Of a stretch of DNA of 64,000 nucleotides, positions 16,985 to 25,621 are shown piece by piece (position 1 is the stretch's first letter; the number at the start of each line of letters is the position of its first letter). This DNA is from Actinomycetes bacterium (GTDB lineage Bacteria > Actinomycetota > Actinomycetes > S36-B12 > UBA5976), in the NCBI GenBank assembly GCA_021824095.1, contig JAKALQ010000001.1, forward strand, positions 2,131 through 66,130. Direction: 5' to 3'. The translations under genes and the position numbers were made by a program. The notes beneath the pieces were generated by a model that was not told the origin of the DNA, made no database searches, and saw only the letters and a list, made by a program, of their open reading frames with translations.

Positions 16985-17009
16985 GAATGGGGTTCCTTTC
17001 GTGCCGGCG

Positions 17010-18065
17010 TCAGCCGTGCGCCTTGCGTGCATTGCGGTCGGTGAGGACTGCGGCAAGGATCACCGCGCCAACCACCACCGGCTGCAGATTGGGGTTGACG
17101 CCGGTGAGGGACAGTCCGTTGTTCAGGACGCCGATGATGAGCAGGCCGATGAAGGTGCTGCCCATCGTGCCGACACCGCCGGAGAGGCTTGCCCCACCGA
17201 TGACGACGACCGCGATGACGTTCAACAGGTAGTTCGCACCGGCGGTGGGCTGCGCTGAGTCGAGCGTCGAAATGTCGACCCAGCCAGCGACTGCCGCCAG
17301 AGCGCCGGCGATCATGTAGACCAGAGTCTTCATCCGAAGGACTGGGATGCCCGAGAGACGCGCGACTTCCTCGTTGCCACCGATGGCGTACAGCGCACGC
17401 CCGCCCGGACGGAAGCGAAGCCAGAATGCGAGGGCGAGGTAGATGAGCATCATGATGACGGCCTGCAGGGGCAGGAAGCCGAAGAGGTCAACCGTCGCGA
17501 AGTTCACGAACCACGTGGGGAAGCCGTTGATGGTGTTGCCATCGGTGATGACGAGAGCAAGGCCGAGGCAGGCCGACATGGTGGCGAGGGTGGCGACGAA
17601 GGGCTGCACCTTTCCGTAGGTGGCGAGTAAGCCGTTGATAGCGCCCACGAAGGCTCCGAGAAGGAGCCCGGCGATGAGCGTCACGACAAAGGGCCAGTGG
17701 TGGTCCGCGTACAGCGACGCGGTGAACATCATGGTGAGGGCCATGTTTGCCGCCACCGACAGGTCAATGCCGGCAATGAGGATCACGAGGGTGGCTCCCG
17801 CGGCCAGAACACCGATGTCCGTGATCTGGCTCAGGATGTTGCCGAGGTTGCGGACGGTGAGAAAGTAGGGCGACTTCAACGTCAGGCCGATGAACATGAC
17901 CACCAGGCCTATGGTGGGGCCGCCGAAGATGCGCATCGCAGAGCGCTTGCGCGCCAGCATTCGCGAGGCCGACGGTGACTCGTCGGCGGAATCGGTGTTC
18001 GTGCTCATAGGTGCGGCTTCCTGTGCTTGGTTCGATGGCATTCGGACTCCCGTGGTCCTCGTCAT
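17010..18065 (-). CDS. Sugar ABC transporter permease (RbsC/AraH-like, type I PBP importer)
   Basis: 351 aa, about 10 hydrophobic segments, RbsC-like sequence pattern. ATGA overlap with the ATPase stop at 18062..18065. Confidence 0.85.
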   Translation of the reverse strand: MTRTTGVRMPSNQAQEAAPMSTNTDSADESPSASRMLARKRSAMRIFGGPTIGLVVMFIGLTLKSPYFLTVRNLGNILSQITDIGVLAAGATLVILIAGIDLSVAANMALTMMFTASLYADHHWPFVVTLIAGLLLGAFVGAINGLLATYGKVQPFVATLATMSACLGLALVITDGNTINGFPTWFVNFATVDLFGFLPLQAVIMMLIYLALAFWLRFRPGGRALYAIGGNEEVARLSGIPVLRMKTLVYMIAGALAAVAGWVDISTLDSAQPTAGANYLLNVIAVVVIGGASLSGGVGTMGSTFIGLLIIGVLNNGLSLTGVNPNLQPVVVGAVILAAVLTDRNARKAHG

Positions 18066-19591
18066 GCAATGGTCTGGGGGACGGCGAGGCTCATGACGGT
18101 CTCGGAGGTGGCCTCGTCGCGCGGGAGCACTGCGATCTGACGCCCGCCGGACATGACAAGCACGCGATGTGCGAGGCCGAGGACCTCCTCCAACTCGGAG
18201 GAGACGAGGATGACGGCGACGCCGCGTGCGGCATAGTCGCGGATGATGGCGTAGATGGACATCTTCGCCCCGACGTCCACGCCGCGCGTCGGCTCATCGA
18301 GGATGAGCACCTTGGGTTGGCGTACCAGCCACTTGGCAAGGAGCACCTTCTGCTGGTTGCCACCGGACAGTCGCACGACGGGACGGTCAAGGCTGCCCCG
18401 GATGTCGAAGGCGGTGCGACTGTCCTCCGCGATGCGGTTGATCCATCCCTTCGTCACGATGCCACGGACGCGCAGGATGCGCTCCCAGGGGGAGACGATG
18501 TTCCGGGACGAGTCGAGTGTGAGATTGAGGCCCTGCTGCTTGCGATCCTCTGGCACCATGACGATGCCGGCCTTGAGCGCGTGGCCCGGGTTGCGAAGGC
18601 GAATCTTGCGCCCTTCCACGGTGACTGCACCACCATCGGCCTTGTCGACCCCAGCGATGGCGCGCACCACCTCGGTGCGCCCGGCGCCCACGAGGCCCGC
18701 AATGCCGAGGATCTCGCCCTTCGCCACCGTAAAGTCGATGCCGTCGAACACACCCTTGCGGCTGAGGTCGTGGACCTCGAGCACGACCTCCGGACTGGCG
18801 GGAGCCGGGGCCTCGTGGCCGAAGACGAAGTCACGTCCGACCATGGCGCGCACGAGCTCCCGCTGCGGGACGTCACCGGACTGCCAGGTCGCCACGACGT
18901 TGCCGTCGCGCATGCACACGATCTCGTCGGAGATGGTGCGCACTTCCTCCAGGCGGTGGGAGATGTAGATGATGCCGGCGCCGTGCTCGCGGAGGACTGA
19001 GATCTGATGCAGGACCCGATCGGTCTCCTGGTTTGTGAGCGATGCGGACGGCTCGTCGAAGATGACATAGCGCGGGTTGCGCGTGATCGCCTTGGCGATC
19101 TCGATGCTCTGCTGCATGGCGATCGAGAGGCCGCGCACCGGGCGTCGGGGGTCGATGTCGATTCCGAGCTTGCGTAGGACCTCGCGGGCCTGCTCCACCA
19201 TGGCGTCCCGGTCGACGCGTAACCCCGCCCGAGGGAGGCGGCCGAGGAAGATGTTCTCGGCAATGGAGAGGTGGGGAACGGTTCGGATCTCCTGATGGAT
19301 GAGTGCGACGCCGGACGCCAGGGCGTCCGCGGGGCTGGCGGGCGCGTATGCGACGCCGTCGATCGTCATCAAACCGGAATCGGGTTGCTGGATGCCGGCG
19401 ATGATGCTGCTCGTCGTCGACTTGCCGGCACCGTTCTCGCCGATGAGCCCGACGACCGAGCCGGCACGGACGCCGAGGTTTACCGAGTGCAGGACCGTCA
19501 CCCCGGCAAAGGACTTCACGAGGTCGGTGACGACCAGAGCACGACCTGCCCCGGTCACTCCATCCGTCGCTACCATGAGATCACCTTCCAT
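18062..19591 (-). CDS. Sugar ABC transporter ATP-binding protein, duplicated NBD (RbsA/MglA-like)
   Basis: 509 aa with two ABC cassettes: GENGAGKST ... IFDEPSASL, and GLVGAGRTE ... LSGGNQQK ... LILDEPTRGVD. Confidence 0.9.
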   Translation of the reverse strand: MEGDLMVATDGVTGAGRALVVTDLVKSFAGVTVLHSVNLGVRAGSVVGLIGENGAGKSTTSSIIAGIQQPDSGLMTIDGVAYAPASPADALASGVALIHQEIRTVPHLSIAENIFLGRLPRAGLRVDRDAMVEQAREVLRKLGIDIDPRRPVRGLSIAMQQSIEIAKAITRNPRYVIFDEPSASLTNQETDRVLHQISVLREHGAGIIYISHRLEEVRTISDEIVCMRDGNVVATWQSGDVPQRELVRAMVGRDFVFGHEAPAPASPEVVLEVHDLSRKGVFDGIDFTVAKGEILGIAGLVGAGRTEVVRAIAGVDKADGGAVTVEGRKIRLRNPGHALKAGIVMVPEDRKQQGLNLTLDSSRNIVSPWERILRVRGIVTKGWINRIAEDSRTAFDIRGSLDRPVVRLSGGNQQKVLLAKWLVRQPKVLILDEPTRGVDVGAKMSIYAIIRDYAARGVAVILVSSELEEVLGLAHRVLVMSGGRQIAVLPRDEATSETVMSLAVPQTIA

Positions 19592-19643
19592 CTGGGGTCT
19601 CGGTCGGCCGCCCGATCTCCACCTCGGGCGGCCGACCGGGTTT

Positions 19644-20612
19644 TCACTTGACGTTCGGCCCGTAGAAGTTGACCGTGTTGACCTTCTTCGCGTTGGCCTT
19701 CGTCACCAGGACGGTGTTCTGCCACTGCCACTTCGGCACCGACGTGCCCTTGCCGTTCACGATGAGCACCGAGTCCTTCACGGCCATCTGACCCATGACG
19801 TAGGGGATCTGGGCCTGTGTGGCCTGGGTGAGGCCCTGACGAATGCCGGCGACCATGGTGGGGAAGCCGTCAATGCCGACCGAGATGATCTTGCGCTTTG
19901 CGTCGCGGGCGGCCTTCGCGGCGCCGAGACCCATCGCGTCCGACTCACCGAAGATGGCTTTCATCTTCGGGTGGCCCTGGAGCATGTTCTGCGCGGCCTT
20001 GTAGGCCTGCGTCTCGTCCCAGTTCGCCGTGGCCTCGGCGACGACCTTGATGCCCGGGGTCTTCTTCAGGGCCTGCTGGCAGCCCTTCGTCCGCTCTGTC
20101 TCGGCCGTGGAGCCAAGGACGCCGTGCAGGATGCCGATCTCGCCCTTGTTGCCCATCTGCTTGAACATCCAGGTGCACAAGTTGCGTGCGGCCTTCACGG
20201 AGTCCGTGGCGATGTAGGTGGCAAGCTGTCCGTTGCCCGACTCGGGCTTCTCATCGACTGCGATGACGGGGATGTTGGCGGCATTGGCAGCCTTCACACC
20301 TGCCGCAGCCGAGGTTGCATCCTGCGCAATGAAGATGAGCGCCTGCACCTGTTGGGTGATGAGGTCGTTCACCTGGTTCACCTGCTGGGTGGAGTTGTTG
20401 TCGGCGGACAGGACGACAAGGTTCACGCCCTCCTTCGCCGCCTCCTTGCGCATGCCATCGACGGCCGCGATGTAGAAGAGCGACTTCTGATCAGCGACCG
20501 AAACACCGATCGTGATCTTGTTCGCCGCGTTCGCCGGAACCGGCCCAGCGACGAGCGCGAGGCTGGTCGCGGCGACACCGGCGAGTGCCAGCGCCTTGCG
20601 GGAAACTGCCAT
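19644..20612 (-). CDS. Sugar/polyol ABC transporter substrate-binding protein (RbsB-like, periplasmic-binding-protein type I)
   Basis: Start at ATG 20612 (MAVSRKALALAGVAATSLALVAGPVPANA, a signal peptide) preceded by an AAGGAG RBS. PBP type I pattern (ITIGVSVADQKSLFY.., IPVIAVD, GIDGFP). Confidence 0.85.
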   Translation of the reverse strand: MAVSRKALALAGVAATSLALVAGPVPANAANKITIGVSVADQKSLFYIAAVDGMRKEAAKEGVNLVVLSADNNSTQQVNQVNDLITQQVQALIFIAQDATSAAAGVKAANAANIPVIAVDEKPESGNGQLATYIATDSVKAARNLCTWMFKQMGNKGEIGILHGVLGSTAETERTKGCQQALKKTPGIKVVAEATANWDETQAYKAAQNMLQGHPKMKAIFGESDAMGLGAAKAARDAKRKIISVGIDGFPTMVAGIRQGLTQATQAQIPYVMGQMAVKDSVLIVNGKGTSVPKWQWQNTVLVTKANAKKVNTVNFYGPNVK

Positions 20613-20670
20613 GGGTTCTCCTTCTCTGGGGTGATCACGGCGGGGACCGCAATCCGGCAAGTCTGCATTT

Positions 20671-20765
20671 TTATGCTTGACTTATATGCCTATGCGTACT
20701 GTAATTTCCAGCGAAGCGGTGCTGTCAATGGCTATACCGAATCGTTATGCTCACACGGTATATGC
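20671..20765. promoter_or_regulatory. AT-rich divergent control region with overlapping candidate promoters and a twice-repeated bipartite motif
   Basis: Plus strand: TTGACT (20677..20682), 17-nt spacer, TGTAAT (20700..20705). Minus strand: TTGACA (rc of 20723..20728), 19-nt spacer, TACAGT (rc of 20698..20703). The bipartite motif TTATGCT-N5-TATATGC (20671..20689) recurs as TTATGCT-N7-TATATGC (20745..20765). TATGC occurs 5 times in about 100 bp. Confidence 0.35.
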
Positions 20766-20807
20766 ATCGAGAGGCCGTCGCGATCAACGGGGAATCGAGG
20801 AGCAGCC

Positions 20808-21785
20808 GTGACGACAACGGTCGACGCTGAGTACCAGCGCCTGGTGACGAAGGTGGCGCTGCTCTACCACCAGCACGGGATGAAGCAGACGGAGATCGCC
20901 CGCAGGTTCGGCATCTCACAGCCCCAGGTCTCGCGCCTGCTGGAAGCCGCCACGGCCATGCACATCGTCCGGACGACGGTGCTGGTCCCGGATGGATTGC
21001 ATGCGGAGCTCGAGGGGGCGCTGGAGCAGGCCTACGGGCTGCAGGATGCCCGCGTCACCGAGGTGAGCGACCCGAACGACGAAGAGGCACTCATCCGCGA
21101 CCTCGGCATCGCATTGGCCCAGCAGATGCCTGGGCTCCTGGCAGGGGCCGAGCGACTCGGGCTCACTTCATGGAGCCGATCCCTGCGCGCCGCCATCAGC
21201 GCCCTCGACCCGGTGGCAGGGTCGACCGTCGAGACCGTCGTCGAGATGCTCGGGGACGTCGGGCAACCGGCGCTGCAACACGAGTCCGCGCAGGCCACGG
21301 CCACGCTGGCCAGACTCCTCGGCGCCACGCCGCGATTCCTCCGCGTCCCCGGAGTGACGACGAGCGTTGCCATGCGCGATGGCCTGCTCATGCATGACTC
21401 ACACGCACAGGACGCGCTCGCCATGTTCAACACCCTGGACGTAGCACTCTCGGGCATCGCCGGGTGCGAGGCGACCGGCGCGCTGGGCCCGGGCGACAAC
21501 TTCTTCACGGAGGAGCAGTTCGCATTCGCCCGGTCACTCGGCGCGGTGGGACAGGTGAACCTGCGCTTCATCGCCGAGGACGGCAGCCCCGTGCACTCCG
21601 AGTTGGACGCCCTCGTCATCGGCGTCACCCTTGAGCAGCTGCAGCACACACCAAAGCGCATCGGTGTGGGCGGCGGCCCAAGCAAGTGCGTGCCCATTCG
21701 GGCCGCGCTGCGCGGCAAGTGGCTCAACACGCTCGTCACTGATGTCGATACGGCCAAATGGCTGGTGGCGAACGCCAACACCTGA
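20808..21785 (+). CDS. SorC/DeoR-family sugar-binding transcriptional regulator
   Basis: GTG 20808 is preceded by AGGAG. N-terminal HTH (LVTKVALLYHQHGMKQTEIARRFGISQPQVSRLL) plus a SorC sugar-phosphate-binding domain. Only the last 325 codons of track ORF 19299..21785 are credible. Confidence 0.85.
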   Translation: MTTTVDAEYQRLVTKVALLYHQHGMKQTEIARRFGISQPQVSRLLEAATAMHIVRTTVLVPDGLHAELEGALEQAYGLQDARVTEVSDPNDEEALIRDLGIALAQQMPGLLAGAERLGLTSWSRSLRAAISALDPVAGSTVETVVEMLGDVGQPALQHESAQATATLARLLGATPRFLRVPGVTTSVAMRDGLLMHDSHAQDALAMFNTLDVALSGIAGCEATGALGPGDNFFTEEQFAFARSLGAVGQVNLRFIAEDGSPVHSELDALVIGVTLEQLQHTPKRIGVGGGPSKCVPIRAALRGKWLNTLVTDVDTAKWLVANANT

Positions 21786-21889
21786 GACCTGTCCGGTGGC
21801 TGAGGCCCGTCCGTCCGCCACCGAGAAGCGCAGACACGCGATACGACGAATCACGCGCAACCGTGCGCCTGCATGGCTACCGCGCGCGC

Positions 21890-23617
21890 CTACCGCACGG
21901 CATCGACAGGTGGGTGCGGCCTGTCCGCCTCGCGCAGGTGACGCTCGGCACTCGCATCGTCGGGCATGGTTGTGGCCTCCCACACGGCATCGTGCAGGCG
22001 TTCATACGCAGCCGCCTCCGCCGCACGTCGTTCCGCATCCCAGCCGAGGGTGTCGCCCACAATCGCAAGGATTTCCGGCAGAGCCGCACGGCCGCCGTCC
22101 CGAATCTCGTACACCAGTCGTGTGCGATGGAGCATGACGTCGGTGAGGTGCAGCACGCCCTCATGCGAGGCCGCATAGGCGATCTCGACGCGCAGGTAGT
22201 CCGGAGCATGCTCGAGCGGCCGAGCGAGATCCGGCTGCTCCTCAACGCGGGCTACGAGTTCCTCCACCATCGAGCCATAGCGATGGAACAGGTGCTCCAT
22301 CATCGGCTGCGACCACCCGTAGGCGCGGCGGTAGTGCCGGGCGCGGTTGCGAATGGCCCCGAGGCCGACGGCGCCGAGCAGCGGGATGGTGTCGGTGACG
22401 GACGGCGGCGGCTCAGGCACGTCGCGCAACGCGAAGTCGACGGCATCCGCAGCCATGACGCGGTACGTCGTGAGCTTGCCACCGGCGATCACGGTGAGGC
22501 CCGGCACAGGCGAGGCGACGGTGTGCTCACGGCTCACCTTCGTCGACGTGGTGCCGCCCTTCGTGCCCGGCTGCAGAAGCGGCCGCAGGCCCGCGAACAC
22601 ACCGATGATGTCTTCGCGGGTGAGCGGCGTGCGCAGCACGGTGTTGGCCTGCGCCAGCACGTAGTCGATATCGGCCGATGTCGCGGCGGGGTGCCGCAGG
22701 CCCTCCGTCCACGGGGTGTCTGTCGTGCCGATGATCCAGTAGCGCGACCACGGGATGATGAAGAGCACGGAGCGATCGGTCTGCAGGATGAGTCCCGCAT
22801 CACCGTGCAGGCGCTCGCGCGGGACAACGATGTGCACGCCCTTGGATGCGAGCACGCGCAAGCCACCATCCGTGCCCGCGAGGCCCTCAACCTCCTCGGT
22901 CCAGACGCCCGCCGCGGAGATCACGCTTCGGGCGCGGATGGTGCGGCGCTCGCCGGTCTCTCGATCCTCCACGATCGCACCCGTGACCCGTCCACCGTCA
23001 CGCGTGAGTTCCAGCACCTGCACGCGCGCAGCGGCGTGAGCACCGTAGGAGACCGCCGTGCGCAGCACGGTGAGTACCAAGCGGGCGTCATCAACGGCAG
23101 CGTCCCAGTAGCGGATGGCACCGATGGCGCGATCCGTACGCACGTCGGGGAACAGTCGGGAGATGCCGTTGCGCAGCACATGTCGGTGCAGCGGCATCGC
23201 CCGCTTGCGCGCCGACAGCGAGGCCAGCACGTCGTACAGCGCCACACCGGCACCGACGTACGCGCGCTGCCACACGCGGTGTTCGAGCGGGAAGAGGAAG
23301 GACACCGGCTTCACGAGGTGGGGCGCGAGATCGCGGAGCAGGAGGTCGCGCTCGGTGAGTGCCTCATGCACCAGGGCGAAGTCCAGCATCTGCAGGTAGC
23401 GCAGGCCCCCGTGCACCAGCTTCGACGACCACTGCGAGGTGCCACTGGCCCAGTCCTCGGCCTCGACGATGCCGACGCGCAGCCCGCGCGTCGCCGCATC
23501 CAGCGCCGCTCCCACACCGGTGATGCCCCCGCCGATCACCAGGATGTCGAGCCCCTCGTCATCGCACATGGCATCCAGTGCCTGGGTACGCGATTCCTGC
23601 GTCATCGCCTCGGTCAT
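21890..23617 (-). CDS. glpD: FAD-dependent glycerol-3-phosphate dehydrogenase
   Basis: 575 aa. FAD fold DILVIGGGITGVGAALDAATRG, HGGLRYL motif, full-length GlpD-like pattern. A GAAAGGA RBS lies upstream of ATG 23617. Confidence 0.88.
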   Translation of the reverse strand: MTEAMTQESRTQALDAMCDDEGLDILVIGGGITGVGAALDAATRGLRVGIVEAEDWASGTSQWSSKLVHGGLRYLQMLDFALVHEALTERDLLLRDLAPHLVKPVSFLFPLEHRVWQRAYVGAGVALYDVLASLSARKRAMPLHRHVLRNGISRLFPDVRTDRAIGAIRYWDAAVDDARLVLTVLRTAVSYGAHAAARVQVLELTRDGGRVTGAIVEDRETGERRTIRARSVISAAGVWTEEVEGLAGTDGGLRVLASKGVHIVVPRERLHGDAGLILQTDRSVLFIIPWSRYWIIGTTDTPWTEGLRHPAATSADIDYVLAQANTVLRTPLTREDIIGVFAGLRPLLQPGTKGGTTSTKVSREHTVASPVPGLTVIAGGKLTTYRVMAADAVDFALRDVPEPPPSVTDTIPLLGAVGLGAIRNRARHYRRAYGWSQPMMEHLFHRYGSMVEELVARVEEQPDLARPLEHAPDYLRVEIAYAASHEGVLHLTDVMLHRTRLVYEIRDGGRAALPEILAIVGDTLGWDAERRAAEAAAYERLHDAVWEATTMPDDASAERHLREADRPHPPVDAVR

Positions 23618-23656
23618 GGCGGGTCCTTTCGTTCTTCGCTATGAGCCTCCCCGCTC

Positions 23657-23726
23657 TTGCACACATGCGCAAGCGGATTGCACACTTGTGCATCTCTTCA
23701 TCACCCAGCCGCTGATTGGTGCACAC
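23657..23726. promoter_or_regulatory. Three phased (T/G)TGCACAC repeats between glpD and the second SorC gene (candidate operator)
   Basis: TTGCACAC at 23657..23664 and 23678..23685 (21 bp apart), and GTGCACAC at 23719..23726 (41 bp further on). The second copy is part of the palindrome TGCACA-CT-TGTGCA (23679..23692). Confidence 0.4.
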
Positions 23727-23756
23727 GTGCCGGCCACTCCCAGCAAGCGCGACACC

Positions 23757-24734
23757 ATGCGTCGTGCCGCCATGCTCTACTACCTGCAGCAGGAGACCAT
23801 GGAGACGATCGCGCGAGACCTCGGGGTCTCGCGATCCACCGTCTCCCGCCTCCTGCGCGATGCCCGGGACACCGGCATGGTGCGCATCACCATGGCCGAC
23901 GAGGCCACGGCGTCCTCGCGTGCCACCGACGCGCTAGCCAAGCGCTTTCGCATCGCCGTACACGTGGCACCGATCGCAGGGCACGCCACCACGGTGGTGC
24001 GTCTGGAGGCCGCATCCCGGCTCGCCGCGCACCTGCTTGAGGATCTCGTCGTCGACGGCTGCACCCTCGGTGTCGCCTGGGGCACGACCATGAGCGCCGT
24101 CGCCCAGCACCTCCGCCCACGCCCACGCCGTGGTGTCACCGTGCTGCAGCTGAACGGTGCGGCCAATCCGACGAGCACCGGCGTCACGCACGCGGGAAGC
24201 CTCATCGGGGCCTTCGCCCAGGCCTTCGACGCGGACGTGCTGCACTTCCCGGTGCCGGCCTTCTTCGACTTCCCCGAGACGCGAGCGGCCATGTGGCGCG
24301 AGCGCTCAGTCCGCCGCATCCTCGAGGCGCAACAGACGGTGGATGTGGCCATCTTCGGCGTCGGGTCTCCCTCGGGCGAGCTGCCGTCGGAGGTGTATGC
24401 CGGTGACTACCTCGATGCGGCGGACATGCGCCTGCTCGCGGACGAGGGTGTCGTCGGCGACGTCTGCACGGTGATGCTGCGCGCCGACGGCACCTACGCC
24501 GACATCGCAATGAACCGTCGCGCCACCGGGCCCACCCCGCGCATGCTCACCCGCATCCCCCGTCGCATCTGCGTCGCCGCAGGTGACGCGAAGGTGCTGC
24601 CCCTCCTCGCGGCACTCCGCGCGCACGTGGTGACCGACCTCGTCGTGGATCAGGCCACCGCCGAGGGGCTGCTGACGGTGGCGCAGGAGACACCGGTGGG
24701 ACGTCCGGGCGCCGCCTCGCGCCACCGTCGTTGA
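23757..24734 (+). CDS. SorC/DeoR-family sugar-binding transcriptional regulator (second copy)
   Basis: HTH AAMLYYLQQETMETIARDLGVSRSTVSRLL plus a SorC effector domain. The start is ATG 23757 or in-frame GTG 23727. The upstream part of the track ORF is antisense to glpD. Confidence 0.83.
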   Translation: MRRAAMLYYLQQETMETIARDLGVSRSTVSRLLRDARDTGMVRITMADEATASSRATDALAKRFRIAVHVAPIAGHATTVVRLEAASRLAAHLLEDLVVDGCTLGVAWGTTMSAVAQHLRPRPRRGVTVLQLNGAANPTSTGVTHAGSLIGAFAQAFDADVLHFPVPAFFDFPETRAAMWRERSVRRILEAQQTVDVAIFGVGSPSGELPSEVYAGDYLDAADMRLLADEGVVGDVCTVMLRADGTYADIAMNRRATGPTPRMLTRIPRRICVAAGDAKVLPLLAALRAHVVTDLVVDQATAEGLLTVAQETPVGRPGAASRHRR

Positions 24735-24823
24735 CGAGGTCCCACCCCGACCGACCCGCCGACGCCCTGCGGACCCGCACCGAACCGTTCACCCGGTGTT
24801 GGCGCAACCCGAACACGGGATGG

Positions 24824-24852
24824 TTGGACGGGCCAAAGGACCCTGTTATAGT
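24824..24852 (+). promoter_or_regulatory. Candidate sigma-70-type promoter for the YceI gene
   Basis: TTGGAC (24824..24829), 17-nt spacer, TATAGT (24847..24852), about 46 nt upstream of ATG 24899. Sequence match only. Confidence 0.3.
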
Positions 24853-24898
24853 TGTCGCATCAACCATGTACGGTTCAACTGATTTGGGAGCACACACC

Positions 24899-25438
24899 AT
24901 GGCAATCGCCAACGGCCTCACCGCAGGCACCTGGGCCATCGACCCCTCGCACTCGGAGGTCGGCTTCACCGTCCGCCACCTTATGGTGTCGAAGGTTCGC
25001 GGCTCGCTCAGCGGCGTCGCGGGCACCATCACCGTGACCGAGGACAACGCATCGGTGCAGGCGACGATCGACGCCGCCACGATCAACACCCGTGACGAGA
25101 ACCGCGACGGTCACATCAAGTCCGGCGACTTCTTCGACGTCGAGAACCACCCCACGTGGACCTTCAACTCCACCTCCTTCTCGGCCAAGGGCAACGACTT
25201 CACGCTCGTCGGCGACCTCACGATGCGCGGCGTCACCAAGTCGGTCACGCTCGATGTCGAGTTCATCGGCGTGAACACCGACCCGTGGGGTAACACGAAG
25301 GCCGGCTTCGAGGCCAAGGGCGAGATCAACCGCAAGGACTTCGGCATGGAGTGGAACGCGGCCCTCGAGACCGGCGGCGTCCTCGTTGGCGAGAAGGTCA
25401 CCATCGAGCTCAACATCCAGGCTGCACTGCAGAAGTGA
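24899..25438 (+). CDS. YceI-family (polyisoprenoid-binding) protein
   Basis: 179 aa. WAIDPSHSEVGFTVRHLMVSKVRG and GDLTMRGVTKSV match the YceI family pattern. A GGGAG RBS lies 9 nt upstream of ATG 24899. Confidence 0.85.
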   Translation: MAIANGLTAGTWAIDPSHSEVGFTVRHLMVSKVRGSLSGVAGTITVTEDNASVQATIDAATINTRDENRDGHIKSGDFFDVENHPTWTFNSTSFSAKGNDFTLVGDLTMRGVTKSVTLDVEFIGVNTDPWGNTKAGFEAKGEINRKDFGMEWNAALETGGVLVGEKVTIELNIQAALQK

Positions 25439-25476
25439 CGCCACTCCCGGCGCCCTGCGCGCCGGATCGCGACCGG

Positions 25477-25502
25477 AGGGGTCGGGCGGATGCCCGGCCC
25501 CT
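25477..25502 (+). terminator. Stem-loop downstream of the YceI gene (candidate intrinsic terminator, short T-run only)
   Basis: AGGGGTCGGGC-GGAT-GCCCGGCCCCT: an 11-bp stem including one G-U pair, a 4-nt loop, followed by CTT. It starts 39 nt after the stop codon. Confidence 0.45.
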
Positions 25503-25621
25503 CTTGCGTTGCGCGAGTGTCAGCCGTGGACCCGTCCCACCCCGATCCCGCACGCCGTGACCGTCACACGGTCACCCAGCGGGCAACCGCCGAAGCAGGG
25601 CGCTCCGGGCTGCAACCCGCA

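Noticed and set aside
19299-20807. First ~500 codons of the 828-aa plus-strand ORF 19299..21785
   Set aside because: This part is antisense to the ABC ATPase and binding-protein genes and crosses the AT-rich promoter region. Only the segment from GTG 20808, which has an AGGAG RBS and an HTH, resembles a SorC regulator.
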